In this document: positions 1-10,002 of the stretch, one piece after another
Layout of the letters: each line of letters opens with the position of its first letter
Numbering within the stretch: position 1 is the stretch's first letter
Source of the DNA: Acidimicrobiaceae bacterium
GTDB lineage: Bacteria; Actinomycetota; Acidimicrobiia; Acidimicrobiales; JAUTXP01
Direction: 5' to 3'
DNA length: 64,000 nt
NCBI GenBank assembly: GCA_030837965.1
Contig: JAUTXP010000013.1
Coordinates: 11,080 to 75,079 of the forward strand
Notes under the pieces: generated by a model
What the model saw: the letters and a program-made list of their open reading frames with translations, nothing else
Databases searched by the model: none
Told to the model about the DNA's origin: nothing
Made by a program: the position numbers and the translations under genes

Positions 1-709
1 CCGGGGCCGAGCTGCGGCCGCTCGCCAGCACGATCACGGTGTCGTTGGTGGACGTGCAGCCGTCCACCGACAAGGCGTTGAACGACCGGTCGACCGCGTG
101 CTGGAGGGCCTGCTGCAAGTCGGCTTGGTCGATGCGGGCGTCGGTCGTGAGCACCGCCAGCATGGTCGCCATGTTGGGAGCGAGCATGGCCGCGCCCTTG
201 GCCATGCCGCCGATGGCGAATCCGTCACCTTCGACGAGCGTCTGCTTGGCATGGGTGTCGGTGGTCATGATGGCCGTGGCCGCGTCGTTGCCGCCGTCGG
301 GCGTGCGGGCCTCGGCCAGCGCGGGGATGGCCGCGGCGATCACGTCGATCGGAAGGGGGATGCCGATCAGGCCGGTCGAGCAGACCAGGACGTCGTCGGG
401 CCGACATCCGAGGTGCTCGGCCACCAGCGCGGTCATGCGCTCGGCGTCGTCGCGGCCTTGGGCGCCGGTGGCCGCGTTGGCGTTGCCGCTGTTGAGGATG
501 ACGGCCGCGGCCTGGTTCTGGGTCGCTTGCAGATGGCTTCGGGAGACCTGCACCGGTGCGGCCGTGGCCAGGTTGGACGTGAACACCGCGGCTGCGGTGA
601 CCGGCGTGCCGTCGTCGGTGGCGACCAAGGCCAGGTCGGAACTGCCGCTGGGCTTGATGCCCGCGGCGATACCCGCGGCCACGAACCCCTTCGGTGCGGT
701 GACGCTCAC
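1..709 (-). CDS. argJ: Glutamate N-acetyltransferase/amino-acid acetyltransferase ArgJ (3' end runs off window)
   Basis: Manual translation from GTG 709 (overlaps argC TGA): MSVTAPKGFVAAGIAAGIK..DLAL..AAVFTSN..ILNSGNANAATG..VLVCSTGLIG..VDGCTSTNDTV. Confidence 0.93.
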   Translation of the reverse strand, partial: MSVTAPKGFVAAGIAAGIKPSGSSDLALVATDDGTPVTAAAVFTSNLATAAPVQVSRSHLQATQNQAAAVILNSGNANAATGAQGRDDAERMTALVAEHLGCRPDDVLVCSTGLIGIPLPIDVIAAAIPALAEARTPDGGNDAATAIMTTDTHAKQTLVEGDGFAIGGMAKGAAMLAPNMATMLAVLTTDARIDQADLQQALQHAVDRSFNALSVDGCTSTNDTVIVLASGRSSAP

Positions 710-1731
710 GGGTACACCGCCACCATGGGCAGGCCGGTGGCCTCGGGCAGGCCGAGGGTCAGGTTGGCGCACTGGACCGCTTGGCCGCTGGCCCCTTTCA
801 CCAGGTTGTCGAGGGCGCACAGGACGACGACGTAACCGGTGCGCTCGTCGTAGCGGGCCGTGATGTGGGCCGTGTTGGAGCCCAGGGTCGCCTTGGTCGA
901 CGGCGACGCCTCGCTGACCACGACGAAGGGCTCATCCCTGTAGAAGTCGGCCAGCGTTGCAAGGGGGTCCGAATTCATCGGCTCGCTCGGGCGGGCGTAG
1001 CAGGTCGCCAAGATGCCTCTGGTCATGGGGGCGAGGTGGGGCGTGAAGAGGAGGTTGACGGCGCCGGTGGCCTGTTCGATCTCGGGAGTGTGCCGGTGGT
1101 TCAGCAGGCCGTAGGCAGTGAAATCCTCGTTGACCGTGCCGAATTGGGAGGTGTGGGCCAGCTTGCGGCCCGCCCCGCTCACGCCCGACGCCGCGTCCAC
1201 GATGACGCCGGTGGGCTCGATCACGTTGGCCCTGATGAGGGGCGCCAGCGCCAGGGCGGCGGCGGTGACGTAGCAGCCGGCAGCCGCGACCAGGTCGGCG
1301 TCGCGCAGGTCGTCGCGGAACAACTCGGGGATGCCGAAGGCGAACTGGTCGAGCAGCTCAGGGTGGTGATGCTCCTCGCCGTACCACTCGGGGTAGAGGG
1401 CGGCGTCGTTGAGCCTGAAGTCGGCGGCCAGGTCCACGATCTTGCCCACCCGCTTGCGCAGGTCCGGCACCAGGTGCTGGCTGGCCCCGTGGGGCAGGGC
1501 CAAAAAGACCAGATCGATGTCGTTGGCGTCGGCCAAGGCCGGGTCGGGCTCGGCGAAGACGAGGTCCGGGTAGGCGGCGGCCAGGCTCGGATACAGATCG
1601 GCCGCCTTGGTGCCCGCCTGCGAGTCGGCCGTGGCCAGAACGACGTCAAGGTCGGGGTGGGCCGCGGCCAGGCGCAACAGCTCTGCCCCCGTGTAGCCCG
1701 ACGCCCCATAGATCCCGACGCGATACGACAT
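706..1731 (-). CDS. argC: N-acetyl-gamma-glutamyl-phosphate reductase
   Basis: GASGYTGAEL, FLALPHG, DLAADFR, GCY, SGVSGAGR, HRHTPEI, DNLVKGASGQAVQ motifs; start set at ATG 1731, 7 nt after a TATGAT -10. Confidence 0.96.
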   Translation of the reverse strand: MSYRVGIYGASGYTGAELLRLAAAHPDLDVVLATADSQAGTKAADLYPSLAAAYPDLVFAEPDPALADANDIDLVFLALPHGASQHLVPDLRKRVGKIVDLAADFRLNDAALYPEWYGEEHHHPELLDQFAFGIPELFRDDLRDADLVAAAGCYVTAAALALAPLIRANVIEPTGVIVDAASGVSGAGRKLAHTSQFGTVNEDFTAYGLLNHRHTPEIEQATGAVNLLFTPHLAPMTRGILATCYARPSEPMNSDPLATLADFYRDEPFVVVSEASPSTKATLGSNTAHITARYDERTGYVVVLCALDNLVKGASGQAVQCANLTLGLPEATGLPMVAVYP

Positions 1732-1738
1732 TCCGGCC

Positions 1739-1767
1739 ATCATACATGATGGTGCATAATCATGCAC
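1739..1767 (-). promoter_or_regulatory. ARG box (ArgR operator) GTGCAT-AATC-ATGCAC beside the TATGAT -10 of a leaderless argCJ promoter
   Basis: Palindrome at 1752-1767 matches the TGCATnnnnATGCA ArgR consensus directly upstream of argC; -10 at 1739-1744. Confidence 0.8.
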
Positions 1768-1796
1768 AACGGCCCGGCGCGATGAGCCCCGCTCAT

Positions 1797-1827
1797 CTTT
1801 TCCACAGCACCTGCTGCTGTGGAAAAG
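1797..1827. repeat. 31-bp palindromic REP-like element, copy 1
   Basis: CTTTTCCACAGCA-CCTGC-TGCTGTGGAAAAG; 8 copies in window. Confidence 0.95.
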
Positions 1828-1853
1828 ATCGGGGCGACGGGGCGTCTCGACCG

Positions 1854-4241
1854 TCAGCCCCGCAGGCTGGCCCCAAGCCCGGACTCGATGGCGTCGATCA
1901 GCCGGGCGCGCACGGCGGCCACGTCCTCGTCGGTGAGCGTGCGGTCCTGGGACTGGAACCGCAGGCGGTAGGCCAGCGACCGCCGCCCCTCGCCCAGCCG
2001 CTCGGGGTCCCGGTAGACGTCGAACAGGGCAACCGACTGGAGCAGGTCGCCCGCAGCCGCATACAGCTCGTCCTGCACGGCCGCGGCGGGGACCGTGTCG
2101 GGGACGACGAAGGCGAGGTCGATGTCACTGGACGGGAAGCGCGAGACGGGCCGAGCGGCCCGGTAGACCGGCGTGACGGGCAGGAAGGCGCCCAGGTCCA
2201 GGCCGATCCAGCCCACCCGCCCTTCGATCCCCCACCCGGCCAGCACGCCCGGGTCGACCTCGCCGACGTGCCCAACCACACCGACGCCGTCGATCGACAC
2301 GGCCGCACTCCGAGTCGGGTGCAGGCCGGGCGCGTCGGCCACCGAGGCCAGCGACACGGAGGAATGGAAGGTCTGGCTCACCACGTCGAAGACCCGCTTG
2401 GCCGCCACGGCATCGGCCACCACAGCGCCGAGCACCTCGCGCTCATCAGGCAGCGGCTGCGAGTCCTCGGCGGGCACCCCGAACACGTGGCCGATCTCGA
2501 ACAGGGCCACGTCGGCCACCCGGTGCGACTGGTTGAAGGCCACGGCCCGCAACAGCCCAGGAAGCACCGACGTGCGCAGGACCGACTCCTCGCGCGCCAG
2601 CGGGTCGGGCGCCGACAATGCCTTCTCCGCCAGCCCGGCCTTGGCGTGCTCGCCGGGCGCCAACAGGGGCACGCCCAACGCCTCGCTCAGCCCCGCCCCC
2701 ACCAACACCTCACGCAGTCTGCGCCGGGCCTTCTGGTACGGCGTCAGCGACCCCACGAACGGCCGGCGCGGAATGGTGCGCTCGATGTTCATGTAGCCGT
2801 GGTGTCGGGCCACCTCCTCGATGACGTTCTCCTCGATGGACACGTCCGGTCGGAACGAGGGCGGCACCACGTCGAGGACGGCGGCAGCATCGACAGCGGC
2901 CGCATCGGCGGCGCCGTTCGCGCGTGCCACCTCGAACCCGATGGGCTCGAGGTACGACGCGATCTGCTCGGTCGACAGGGCCGTGCCCAACACCTTGTTC
3001 ACCCGCTTGGTGCGGACTCGGATGGCAGGCCGGTCGGCGGGCAGCGAGCGCACGTCGATGGCGCCCCCATCCACCTGGCCCACGCCGGCCACCTGGCAGA
3101 AGCGGGCCACCGACCGGTCGATGCCGTCGGGGTCGCAGCCCCGCTCGAAGCGGGCCGACGCCTCGGAGCGCAGTCCGAGCCGCTTGGACGTGCGGGCGAT
3201 GGCCATGGGCGCGAAGTAGGCGGCTTCCAACAACACCCGCGTCGTGGCCGCACTGATCTCGGACGACTCGCCGCCCATGATCCCTGCGATGCCGACGGGC
3301 ACGTCCAACGCATCGCAGATCAGGCAGTCCTCGCCGACCGTGCCCAGCGTGCGCTCGACGCCGTCGAGGGTCACCAGCTTCTCGCCCGGGCGGGCCGCCC
3401 GCACGAGCAGGCCTTGGCCGCCGAGCTGATCGAGGTCGTACGGATGGGTCGGCTGGCCCAGCTCCAACATCACGTAGTTGGACGCGTCGACCACGTTGTT
3501 GATGGGCCGCATACCCGCCAAGGTCAGACGGCGCCGCACCCACTCGGGCGACTCCCCCACCACGACGTCAGTGACGACGGTGGCCGTGAAGCGCGGGCAC
3601 AGGTCGGGCGACTCCACCCGGGCCGACGCCGACGCAGTGGGCGCGCCTCCAGGCAAGGAGCCCGATGGAAGCGTGAACGGCAGCTTCAACCGGGCCGCGG
3701 CGTCGCGGGCCACGCCCGCCACCGAGTTGGCGTCGGGCCGATTGGTCTCGATGGCCAAGTCGAACACCACGTCGGCCTGGATGCCCATGGCGTCGGCGAA
3801 GGGCGTGCCCGGGTCGGCCACGTCGTCGGCCAGGACCATGATCCCGGCGCCGTCCTCCCCCATCGACAGCTCGCGGGCCGAGCAGATCATCCCGTTCGAC
3901 TCGACGCCTTTCATCTTGCGCCTGCCGATGGCGAAGTCGCCCGGGAGCACTGCCCCCACGCGGGCGAACGGGACCACTGCGCCCGCCTCGAAGTTCCACG
4001 CCCCGCACACGACCTGCACGGCGTCGCCCGTCCCGTCGTCCACCAGGACGCGGCGGATCTTGTCCGCCCCCTCGATGCGATGCACTTCGAGCACGCGCGC
4101 CACGACGACGCCGTCCAGCCCCTCGCCCACCCGCTCGATGCCCTCGACCACCATGCCCAGGTCGTCGAACGTCTCGCCCAGCGCGATGGGATCGCCCTCG
4201 AAGGGCGCGAAATCACGAAGCCAGGACAGCGGGACGCGCAT
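1854..4241 (-). CDS. pheT: Phenylalanine--tRNA ligase beta subunit
   Basis: MRVPLSWLRDF start, VVCGAWN, ESNGMICSARELS, NRPDA, INNVVDASNYV, SARFERG, C-terminal FDX-ACB domain (SLAYRLRFQ..DRTLT). Confidence 0.97.
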   Translation of the reverse strand: MRVPLSWLRDFAPFEGDPIALGETFDDLGMVVEGIERVGEGLDGVVVARVLEVHRIEGADKIRRVLVDDGTGDAVQVVCGAWNFEAGAVVPFARVGAVLPGDFAIGRRKMKGVESNGMICSARELSMGEDGAGIMVLADDVADPGTPFADAMGIQADVVFDLAIETNRPDANSVAGVARDAAARLKLPFTLPSGSLPGGAPTASASARVESPDLCPRFTATVVTDVVVGESPEWVRRRLTLAGMRPINNVVDASNYVMLELGQPTHPYDLDQLGGQGLLVRAARPGEKLVTLDGVERTLGTVGEDCLICDALDVPVGIAGIMGGESSEISAATTRVLLEAAYFAPMAIARTSKRLGLRSEASARFERGCDPDGIDRSVARFCQVAGVGQVDGGAIDVRSLPADRPAIRVRTKRVNKVLGTALSTEQIASYLEPIGFEVARANGAADAAAVDAAAVLDVVPPSFRPDVSIEENVIEEVARHHGYMNIERTIPRRPFVGSLTPYQKARRRLREVLVGAGLSEALGVPLLAPGEHAKAGLAEKALSAPDPLAREESVLRTSVLPGLLRAVAFNQSHRVADVALFEIGHVFGVPAEDSQPLPDEREVLGAVVADAVAAKRVFDVVSQTFHSSVSLASVADAPGLHPTRSAAVSIDGVGVVGHVGEVDPGVLAGWGIEGRVGWIGLDLGAFLPVTPVYRAARPVSRFPSSDIDLAFVVPDTVPAAAVQDELYAAAGDLLQSVALFDVYRDPERLGEGRRSLAYRLRFQSQDRTLTDEDVAAVRARLIDAIESGLGASLRG

Positions 4242-4252
4242 GACCGATCCTC

Positions 4253-5260
4253 TTAGAACTGAGTGACGAAGCGAAGGTCGTTGTCGAGCAGGACGCGGAT
4301 GTCCTCGATGCCATGGCGCACGATGGCGATGCGGTCGATGCCGAAGCCGAAGGCGAAGCCCGTCCACTCCTCGGGGTCGATGCCGACGGCCTTGAACACA
4401 TTGGGATGGACCATGCCGCATCCGCCCAGCTCGATCCAGCCCACGCCCGAGCACGTGCGACAGCCCGCGCCCCCGCAGACCGCGCACGAGACCTCGAACT
4501 CGGCCGAGGGCTCGGTGAACGGGAAGGACGCAGGCCGCAGCCGGGTCTGGATGTCCGGGCCGAAGTAGGCATGGATGAACTCGTCGATGGTGCCCGCCAG
4601 GTCGCCGAAGGTGATGCCGTGGTCGACGACCAGACCCTCGATTTGGTGGAAGGTCGCGTTGTGGCTCGCGTCGGGCGTGTCCTTGCGGTACACCTTGCCC
4701 GGCATGACCGCGTAGATGGGCGGGGGCTGCGACTGCATGAGCCTGATCTGCACGGGCGAGGTGTGCGGTCGGAACAGCGTCGACTCCGGCTCGCCCCAGT
4801 CGAGATAGAGCGAGTCGAAACCACTGCGGGCCGGATGGGCCTTGGGGATGTTGAGGGCCTCGAAGTTGTGCCAGTCGGTCTCCACCTCAGGGCCCTCGGC
4901 CACGGTGAAGCCCATGCCCACGAACACGTCCTCGAGCTCGTCGCGGGTCTGGGTCACCAGGCTCAGGTGGCCGCGGGTGGGCGGGCCGGGCAGCACCTCG
5001 GTGAGGTCGAGGCGCTCGGCCTCCAACCGGGCGGCCCGCTCGGCCGACTCCTTGGCCGCGGCCAGCGCGTCGATGCGGGCCTGCACCGTCTGGCGCGCGT
5101 CCTTGAGCAGTTGCCCGAAGCGGGGCCGGTCCTCGGCCGCCAGCTCCTTGAGCCTGCTGTTGAGGTCGACCAGCGGCCCCCGTTTGAGCACGCCGAGGTC
5201 GCCCCCCTCGACGCGGGCCAGCGACTCCTCCATCGCGGTCTTGACGTCGGCCTCTTCCAC
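4253..5260 (-). CDS. pheS: Phenylalanine--tRNA ligase alpha subunit
   Basis: NFEALNIP..HPAR, HTSPVQIR, FHQIEGL, FPFTEPSAE, GCGMVHPNV, GFAFGFGIDR. Confidence 0.97.
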   Translation of the reverse strand: MEEADVKTAMEESLARVEGGDLGVLKRGPLVDLNSRLKELAAEDRPRFGQLLKDARQTVQARIDALAAAKESAERAARLEAERLDLTEVLPGPPTRGHLSLVTQTRDELEDVFVGMGFTVAEGPEVETDWHNFEALNIPKAHPARSGFDSLYLDWGEPESTLFRPHTSPVQIRLMQSQPPPIYAVMPGKVYRKDTPDASHNATFHQIEGLVVDHGITFGDLAGTIDEFIHAYFGPDIQTRLRPASFPFTEPSAEFEVSCAVCGGAGCRTCSGVGWIELGGCGMVHPNVFKAVGIDPEEWTGFAFGFGIDRIAIVRHGIEDIRVLLDNDLRFVTQF

Positions 5261-6334
5261 TTACGAATGCAGCTCCTCGAAGGCGAACAGCGGCAGAGTA
5301 AAGCGAAACGTCGTGCCCACGCCCGGATTTGAAGCCGCGGTGAGCTTGCCGCCATGGGCCTCGACCAGCCCCCTGCTGATCCACAGCCCCAGGCCCGAGC
5401 CGGTGGGCTTGGTCTCGGCCCGTCGGAAGAACTTGGTGAAGACCTTGGACAGGTCGGTCTCGGGCATGCCCTCGCCCCTGTCCTCCACGGCCACGGCCAC
5501 CACCTCGGTGCCCAGGTCGGCCGACACCACGATGCCCTTGGGCGACGCGTACTTGCACGCGTTCTCGACCAGGTTGGTGAGGACCTGCACGATCTTGTCG
5601 GGGTCGGCGTAGACCGAGGGCAGCCCGTCGGGGAACTGCAACGAGCATTCGAGCTCGGGGTACTCCATCTTCACCTTCTCGACCACCGACGAGGCCAGGG
5701 CCACCAAGTCGATCATCTGCCTGCGCAGGACGAGCCGGCCCGATTCCAGCCTGCTGATGTCGAGCAGTTCGGTGATCAGGCGGGTGACGCGATCGGCGTC
5801 GTGGTTGACCTGCTCCAGCATCATGCGCTTCTGGTCGTCCTTGAGCCGGTCCCACCGGTTGAGCAACAGGCTGGTGTAGCCCTTGACCGACGTGAGCGGC
5901 GAGCGCAGCTCATGGCTCACGGTCGACACGATCTCGATGCCCGTGGCCGACTGATGGCCGCGGATGCCCGCCGGGCGCAGGGCCAGGACGGCGCCGGTCA
6001 GGCCGCCGTCGCCGTTGCGCTGGTACGAGCCGGTGACATACGTGCGCACGTCCACGTCGTCGGCCCGCCGGATGGTGACCTCGTGCTCGGGCAGCCTGCG
6101 CACCGAGCGGATGGCGGTGGAGTGGTGCCAGCCGTCGACCAGCAGCGGCTTGCCGTCCTTGGACCTCGGGTCGAGGACGGCCGACACCTCCTGGCCCACC
6201 AACGTGCTCACCGCGAAGCCGGTCAACGCGGCCGCGGCCCGGTTGGCGGCCACGATCCTGCGCTGGCCGTCGAGGCGCAGGACGGCGTCAGGCAGCAGGT
6301 CGAGGTCGCCGTGGCTGTCGCGGTCGTCGCTCAT
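5261..6334 (-). CDS. Cytoplasmic PAS-domain sensor histidine kinase (orphan)
   Basis: PAS (LLPDAVLRLD..IVAAN), H-box VSHELRSPLTSVKG, N-box NLVENACKY, G-boxes DRGEGM and GSGLGL; ATG 6334 overlaps upstream TGA. Confidence 0.92.
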   Translation of the reverse strand: MSDDRDSHGDLDLLPDAVLRLDGQRRIVAANRAAAALTGFAVSTLVGQEVSAVLDPRSKDGKPLLVDGWHHSTAIRSVRRLPEHEVTIRRADDVDVRTYVTGSYQRNGDGGLTGAVLALRPAGIRGHQSATGIEIVSTVSHELRSPLTSVKGYTSLLLNRWDRLKDDQKRMMLEQVNHDADRVTRLITELLDISRLESGRLVLRRQMIDLVALASSVVEKVKMEYPELECSLQFPDGLPSVYADPDKIVQVLTNLVENACKYASPKGIVVSADLGTEVVAVAVEDRGEGMPETDLSKVFTKFFRRAETKPTGSGLGLWISRGLVEAHGGKLTAASNPGVGTTFRFTLPLFAFEELHS

Positions 6335-7152
6335 GGCGTGGGCCCGCCCGCGCTCGGCATGCGACGACGCTGCCTGGCCACCTCGAAGCACACCACGGCT
6401 GCGGCCATCCCTACATTCAACGACTCCGAACGGCCCGCCATGGGGATGGTGAGGGTCAGGTCCAGGCCGGCCTCGACGTGGGCGGGCAGGCCGTTGGCCT
6501 CGTTGCCCAGGACGAGCGCGGTGGGCCTGGTCAGGTCGGCCTCGGTGTAGTCCACGCCCGCGCGCGCCGCCGTGCCCGTACGGGCCAGCCCCCAGCCTGC
6601 GAGTCGATCGAGGACCTCCACTGCGTCGCCTCCCACCACGACCGGGACGTGGAAGAGCGATCCGGCCGACGCCCTCACCGTCTTGGGGTTGTAGACGTCG
6701 ACGGAACCGTCGCAAAACAGTAGCCCCTCGGCCCCCGCGGCCACGGCCGAGCGCATGACCGTGCCCGCATTGCCCGGGTCGCGCACTTCGACGCACACGA
6801 CCAAGAACGTCGTGCCGCGCAGCCGTTCGACAGGCACGTCGAGAAAGGGGATGACGGCCAGAACGGGCTGCGGCGTCACGGTGTGGGCGACGCGCTCGAC
6901 CACGCCTGCGGCCAACTCGTGCACGGCGATGCCCGCGGCCGCGGCGGCCCCGACAACGGCGTCGACAGCCGGGTCGTCCACCCCAGGCCCGACGAAGACA
7001 GCCTCGACCGGCGAGCCCGCAGCCAGGGCCTCGTGCAAGAGCTTGGGCCCCTCGATGACGAAGGCGCGCTCGTCCTGACGCGCACTGCGGCGCCCCAAGA
7101 GGCGCCGCAGCCGCTGAACCTGTGCGTGTCGGAAGGCGAGCGTGGCGCTCAG
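6331..7152 (-). CDS. TrmH/SpoU family RNA 2'-O-methyltransferase
   Basis: [42 protein letters not shown]; start inferred at CTG 7152 overlapping rplT TGA. Confidence 0.9.
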   Translation of the reverse strand: MSATLAFRHAQVQRLRRLLGRRSARQDERAFVIEGPKLLHEALAAGSPVEAVFVGPGVDDPAVDAVVGAAAAAGIAVHELAAGVVERVAHTVTPQPVLAVIPFLDVPVERLRGTTFLVVCVEVRDPGNAGTVMRSAVAAGAEGLLFCDGSVDVYNPKTVRASAGSLFHVPVVVGGDAVEVLDRLAGWGLARTGTAARAGVDYTEADLTRPTALVLGNEANGLPAHVEAGLDLTLTIPMAGRSESLNVGMAAAVVCFEVARQRRRMPSAGGPTP

Positions 7153-7541
7153 GAGGCCTGGGCCCCTTGCTCCGACTGGGCGGCCTGGGCGTTGGCCTGC
7201 TCGGCCAGCTTGACCAGGGCGCCGAAGGCATTGGCGTCGGTGACGGCCAGGTCGGCCAGAACCTTGCGGTCGACCTCGACCTCGGCCAGTCGGAGCCCGG
7301 CGATCAGGCGGCTGTAGGACATGCCGTGCAGCCGGGCGGCCGCGTTGATGCGCTGGATCCAGAGCTGGCGGAAGTCGCCCTTGCGGGCCCTGCGGTCGCG
7401 GAACGCGTACTGGAGCGAGTGCATGACCTGCTCGTTGGCGGCGCGGTAGCTCCGGCTCTTGTTGCCGTAATAGCCCTGCGCCTGCTCGAGGACCGCACGG
7501 CGGTGCTTCTTGCCGTGGACGGCGCGCTTGACCCTGGCCAT
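7149..7541 (-). CDS. rplT: 50S ribosomal protein L20
   Basis: [47 protein letters not shown]. Confidence 0.98.
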   Translation of the reverse strand: MARVKRAVHGKKHRRAVLEQAQGYYGNKSRSYRAANEQVMHSLQYAFRDRRARKGDFRQLWIQRINAAARLHGMSYSRLIAGLRLAEVEVDRKVLADLAVTDANAFGALVKLAEQANAQAAQSEQGAQAS

Positions 7542-7590
7542 CGGGGGCTCCTTTCTTCGGGGGGACGGGGGTGCGAACGTTGGTGTCCGT

Positions 7591-7621
7591 CTTTTCCACA
7601 GCAACAGGTGCTGTGGAAAAG
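7591..7621. repeat. 31-bp palindromic REP-like element, copy 2 (inverted loop)
   Basis: CTTTTCCACAGCA-ACAGG-TGCTGTGGAAAAG between rpmI and rplT. Confidence 0.95.
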
Positions 7622-7626
7622 CGCGG

Positions 7627-7821
7627 CTACATGCCGAGGAGGCGCTTGACCTGCTTGGCGTCGCCCGGGGCGAAGTCGGTCTCTTGACCCAGCCTGCGCT
7701 TGCGCTTGGGCGACTTCTTTTCGAGGATGTGGTTCAAGAAGGCATGGCGCCGGCGGAGCTTGCCGCTCCCCGTCACCTTGACGCGCTTGGCCGCGCCCTT
7801 GTCGGTCTTCATCTTCGGCAT
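7627..7821 (-). CDS. rpmI: 50S ribosomal protein L35
   Basis: [35 protein letters not shown]. Confidence 0.98.
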   Translation of the reverse strand: MPKMKTDKGAAKRVKVTGSGKLRRRHAFLNHILEKKSPKRKRRLGQETDFAPGDAKQVKRLLGM

Positions 7822-7822
7822 C

Positions 7823-8596
7823 TCAGGTCTCCTGCGGTTGGGGTGCGGCGGGCACCGGCTCTGCGCCGTTGGGCGCCGGTGTCTGTTCGGTGGCCGCCGG
7901 TGTCTCCAGTGGTGCGTCGGTGGGGGGATCGGGCTCGATGTCGGCGACGAGTTCTGGGACCGCGGCCGGCGCTTCGGGTGCGAGGGCCGCACTCGTCAAG
8001 TCGACAGCGCCTTCAGCGCCTTCGACGCCTGCCTCGGCCTCCTCTTCGGCCAGCTTGGCCGCCTGCTGGGCCCGCTTGTCCGGTGCCAGCACCATGATCA
8101 TGTTGCGCCCGTCCAGCTTCGGCGCCGCCTCGACCTTCGCCAGGTTGACCACTTCTTCAGCCACCTTGTCGAGGATCTTCTTGCCCAGCTCGGGATGACT
8201 CATCTCCCGGCCCCGGAACATGATCGTGACCTTGACCTTGTGGCCCTCACCGAGGAAGCGGGCGACCTGTCTCGTCTTGGTGTCGAAGTCGCCGGTCCCG
8301 ATCTTGGGCCGGTACTTCATCTCCTTGATCGTGACGTTGGCGGTCTTGCGCCGTGACTCCTTGGCCCGTTGCTCGTTGTCGTACTTGAACCGGCCGTAGT
8401 CCATGATCCGGCACACCGGCGGGTTGGCCATCGGAGCCACTTCGACGAGGTCCAGGTCCGCCTCGCGGGCGATGCGCAACGCGTCGGGGAGGGCCTTGAT
8501 GCCCAACTGCTTCCCGTCGGCGTCCACGAGGCGAACCTCGCGTGCCCTGATGCGGTCGTTGATCCTGGGCTCGTTGCTGGGCGGCGGTGCGGCGAT
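7823..8596 (-). CDS. infC: Translation initiation factor IF-3 (ATC start)
   Basis: [16 protein letters not shown] extends upstream of the ORF-track start to ATC 8596 after SD GGGAG; [30 protein letters not shown]; a non-AUG start is typical of infC. Confidence 0.95.
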   Translation of the reverse strand: MAAPPPSNEPRINDRIRAREVRLVDADGKQLGIKALPDALRIAREADLDLVEVAPMANPPVCRIMDYGRFKYDNEQRAKESRRKTANVTIKEMKYRPKIGTGDFDTKTRQVARFLGEGHKVKVTIMFRGREMSHPELGKKILDKVAEEVVNLAKVEAAPKLDGRNMIMVLAPDKRAQQAAKLAEEEAEAGVEGAEGAVDLTSAALAPEAPAAVPELVADIEPDPPTDAPLETPAATEQTPAPNGAEPVPAAPQPQET

Positions 8597-8644
8597 GAGG
8601 CATCACTCCCTTGTTCAGTTGGTCGGCGTCCGACTCGCCACGCG

Positions 8645-8775
8645 AAAAGGCGGACGTTGGGAAGCAACGTCCGCCTGTGCGGTCGATCAACCCGGGCGCA
8701 CCTCGACATGACTGGTTGGTCGTGCCCGGTGGCCGGGTGGGGGCTGTGCCTCGCGGCGAGCCCCGCTTCCCGATT
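8645..8775 (-). promoter_or_regulatory. Probable L20-responsive leader of infC-rpmI-rplT ending in a terminator hairpin
   Basis: AAGCGGGGCT...AGCCCCCACCCGG...CCGGGT pairing segments, then AGGCGGACGTTG-CTTCC-CAACGTCCGCCT-TTT (8645-8676); position matches known L20 leaders. Confidence 0.55.
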
Positions 8776-8801
8776 CAGTTGTGTCGCATAGGGTACCAGC
8801 C

Positions 8802-9194
8802 GTGGGGACGATCTGGACACCTGGCGGGGAGCGCCCGGTCGGCACCGAGCCTGCCGGCGGCGTGCAGGCCCCCGGCCCTTCGCAAGACGGCGAGCCGACG
8901 GAGGCCGAGCTCGAGGCGCAGATGGAGCAGTTGCGCCAGGAGCTGGCCGACACGCCCGCGGCCGCGGTCATCGCCAACCACTGCGTCGGCATGTTCCAGT
9001 TGGCGGCCCTGCACCTGTCCTTGCAGCCGCCCAGGCTGGACCAGGCCCAGTTGGCCATCGACGGCCTGGGCGCGTTGGTCGAGGGGCTGGCGGGCAGGCT
9101 CGGTCCCGACGAGCAGCAGTTGCGCGACGGCCTGGCCCAGTTGCGGCTGGCCTTCGTGCAGATCAAGGGCACGGTCGACAAGCCGGGTGCCTGA
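8802..9194 (+). CDS. DUF1844-like hypothetical protein
   Basis: IWTPGGE N-terminus, LAALHL..LDQAQLAID..LAQLRLAFVQ; GTG 8802 lies 7 nt after TAGGGT -10. Confidence 0.7.
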   Translation: MGTIWTPGGERPVGTEPAGGVQAPGPSQDGEPTEAELEAQMEQLRQELADTPAAAVIANHCVGMFQLAALHLSLQPPRLDQAQLAIDGLGALVEGLAGRLGPDEQQLRDGLAQLRLAFVQIKGTVDKPGA

Positions 9195-9933
9195 CCCCGA
9201 CGGCCTGCTGGTCGTCTACGGGCGGCGGCCCGTGCTCGAAGCCCTGGCCGACCAGCGGGTCCCGGTCGACGAGGTCCTCGTGTCCAGAAAGCTGAAGGCC
9301 GACGACGTGGTCGCCGCGGCCAAGGCCCGAGGGGTGCCGCTGCGCTTCGTCACGCCCGACAAGGTCACGCGGGTTTCCGGCAACGGCCGCCACGACCAGG
9401 GGCTGGTGGCCTTGGTGCGACCGGCGCCGGTCCCGACCTTGTCCGACTCCCTCCCAGCCGGAGCCGTGCTCGTGCTCGACGGTGTCACCAACCCGCAGAA
9501 CGTGGGCATGATCGTGCGCAGCGCGGCGGCGTTCGGCCTCACCGTCGTGCTTCCTGACGCGGGGTCGCCCGGCGTGGGCCCGTTGGTGGTGAAGGCGTCC
9601 GCGGGCATCGCCCTGTTCGCGCCCATCCGCCGATGTGCCACGGCCGCGGAGGCCGTGCGCCTGCTGCGCCAAGGGGGCTTTCGGCTGCTCGGGCTGGCCG
9701 CGGAGGCACCGTTGACGTTGTGGGACGCGCCACTGACCGCGGACGAGCCGGTGGCGTTCGTGCTCGGCAGCGAGACGGCGGGCGTGTCCGTGGAGGTGGA
9801 CGAGTGGGTGGCCATTCCGATCGGCGGCGGCGTCGAGTCCCTCAACGTGTCCGTGGCGGCGGGCATCGTCTGCGCCGAGGTGGCCCGGCGGCGACGCAGC
9901 AATGGACCTGAACGGCCTCGGGGTCGGCGTTGA
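9187..9933 (+). CDS. TrmH/RlmB-like RNA methyltransferase
   Basis: YGRRPVLEAL, HDQGLVA, LDGVTNPQNVGMIVRSA, LGSETAGV, ESLNVSVA. Confidence 0.9.
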   Translation: MPDPDGLLVVYGRRPVLEALADQRVPVDEVLVSRKLKADDVVAAAKARGVPLRFVTPDKVTRVSGNGRHDQGLVALVRPAPVPTLSDSLPAGAVLVLDGVTNPQNVGMIVRSAAAFGLTVVLPDAGSPGVGPLVVKASAGIALFAPIRRCATAAEAVRLLRQGGFRLLGLAAEAPLTLWDAPLTADEPVAFVLGSETAGVSVEVDEWVAIPIGGGVESLNVSVAAGIVCAEVARRRRSNGPERPRGRR

Positions 9934-9956
9934 GGGTGGACGACGCCAGGGACATA

Positions 9957-9969
9957 GTGGTATACCAAG
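9957..9969 (+). promoter_or_regulatory. GTGGTATACCAAG motif (palindromic core TGGTATACCA), upstream of small secreted protein gene
   Basis: Identical 13-mer in transcription orientation also upstream of DUF1800 gene (13203-13215). Confidence 0.55.
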
Positions 9970-10002
9970 CACGGTAACGCCGCTCACCGACTGGGGTCCG
10001 AC

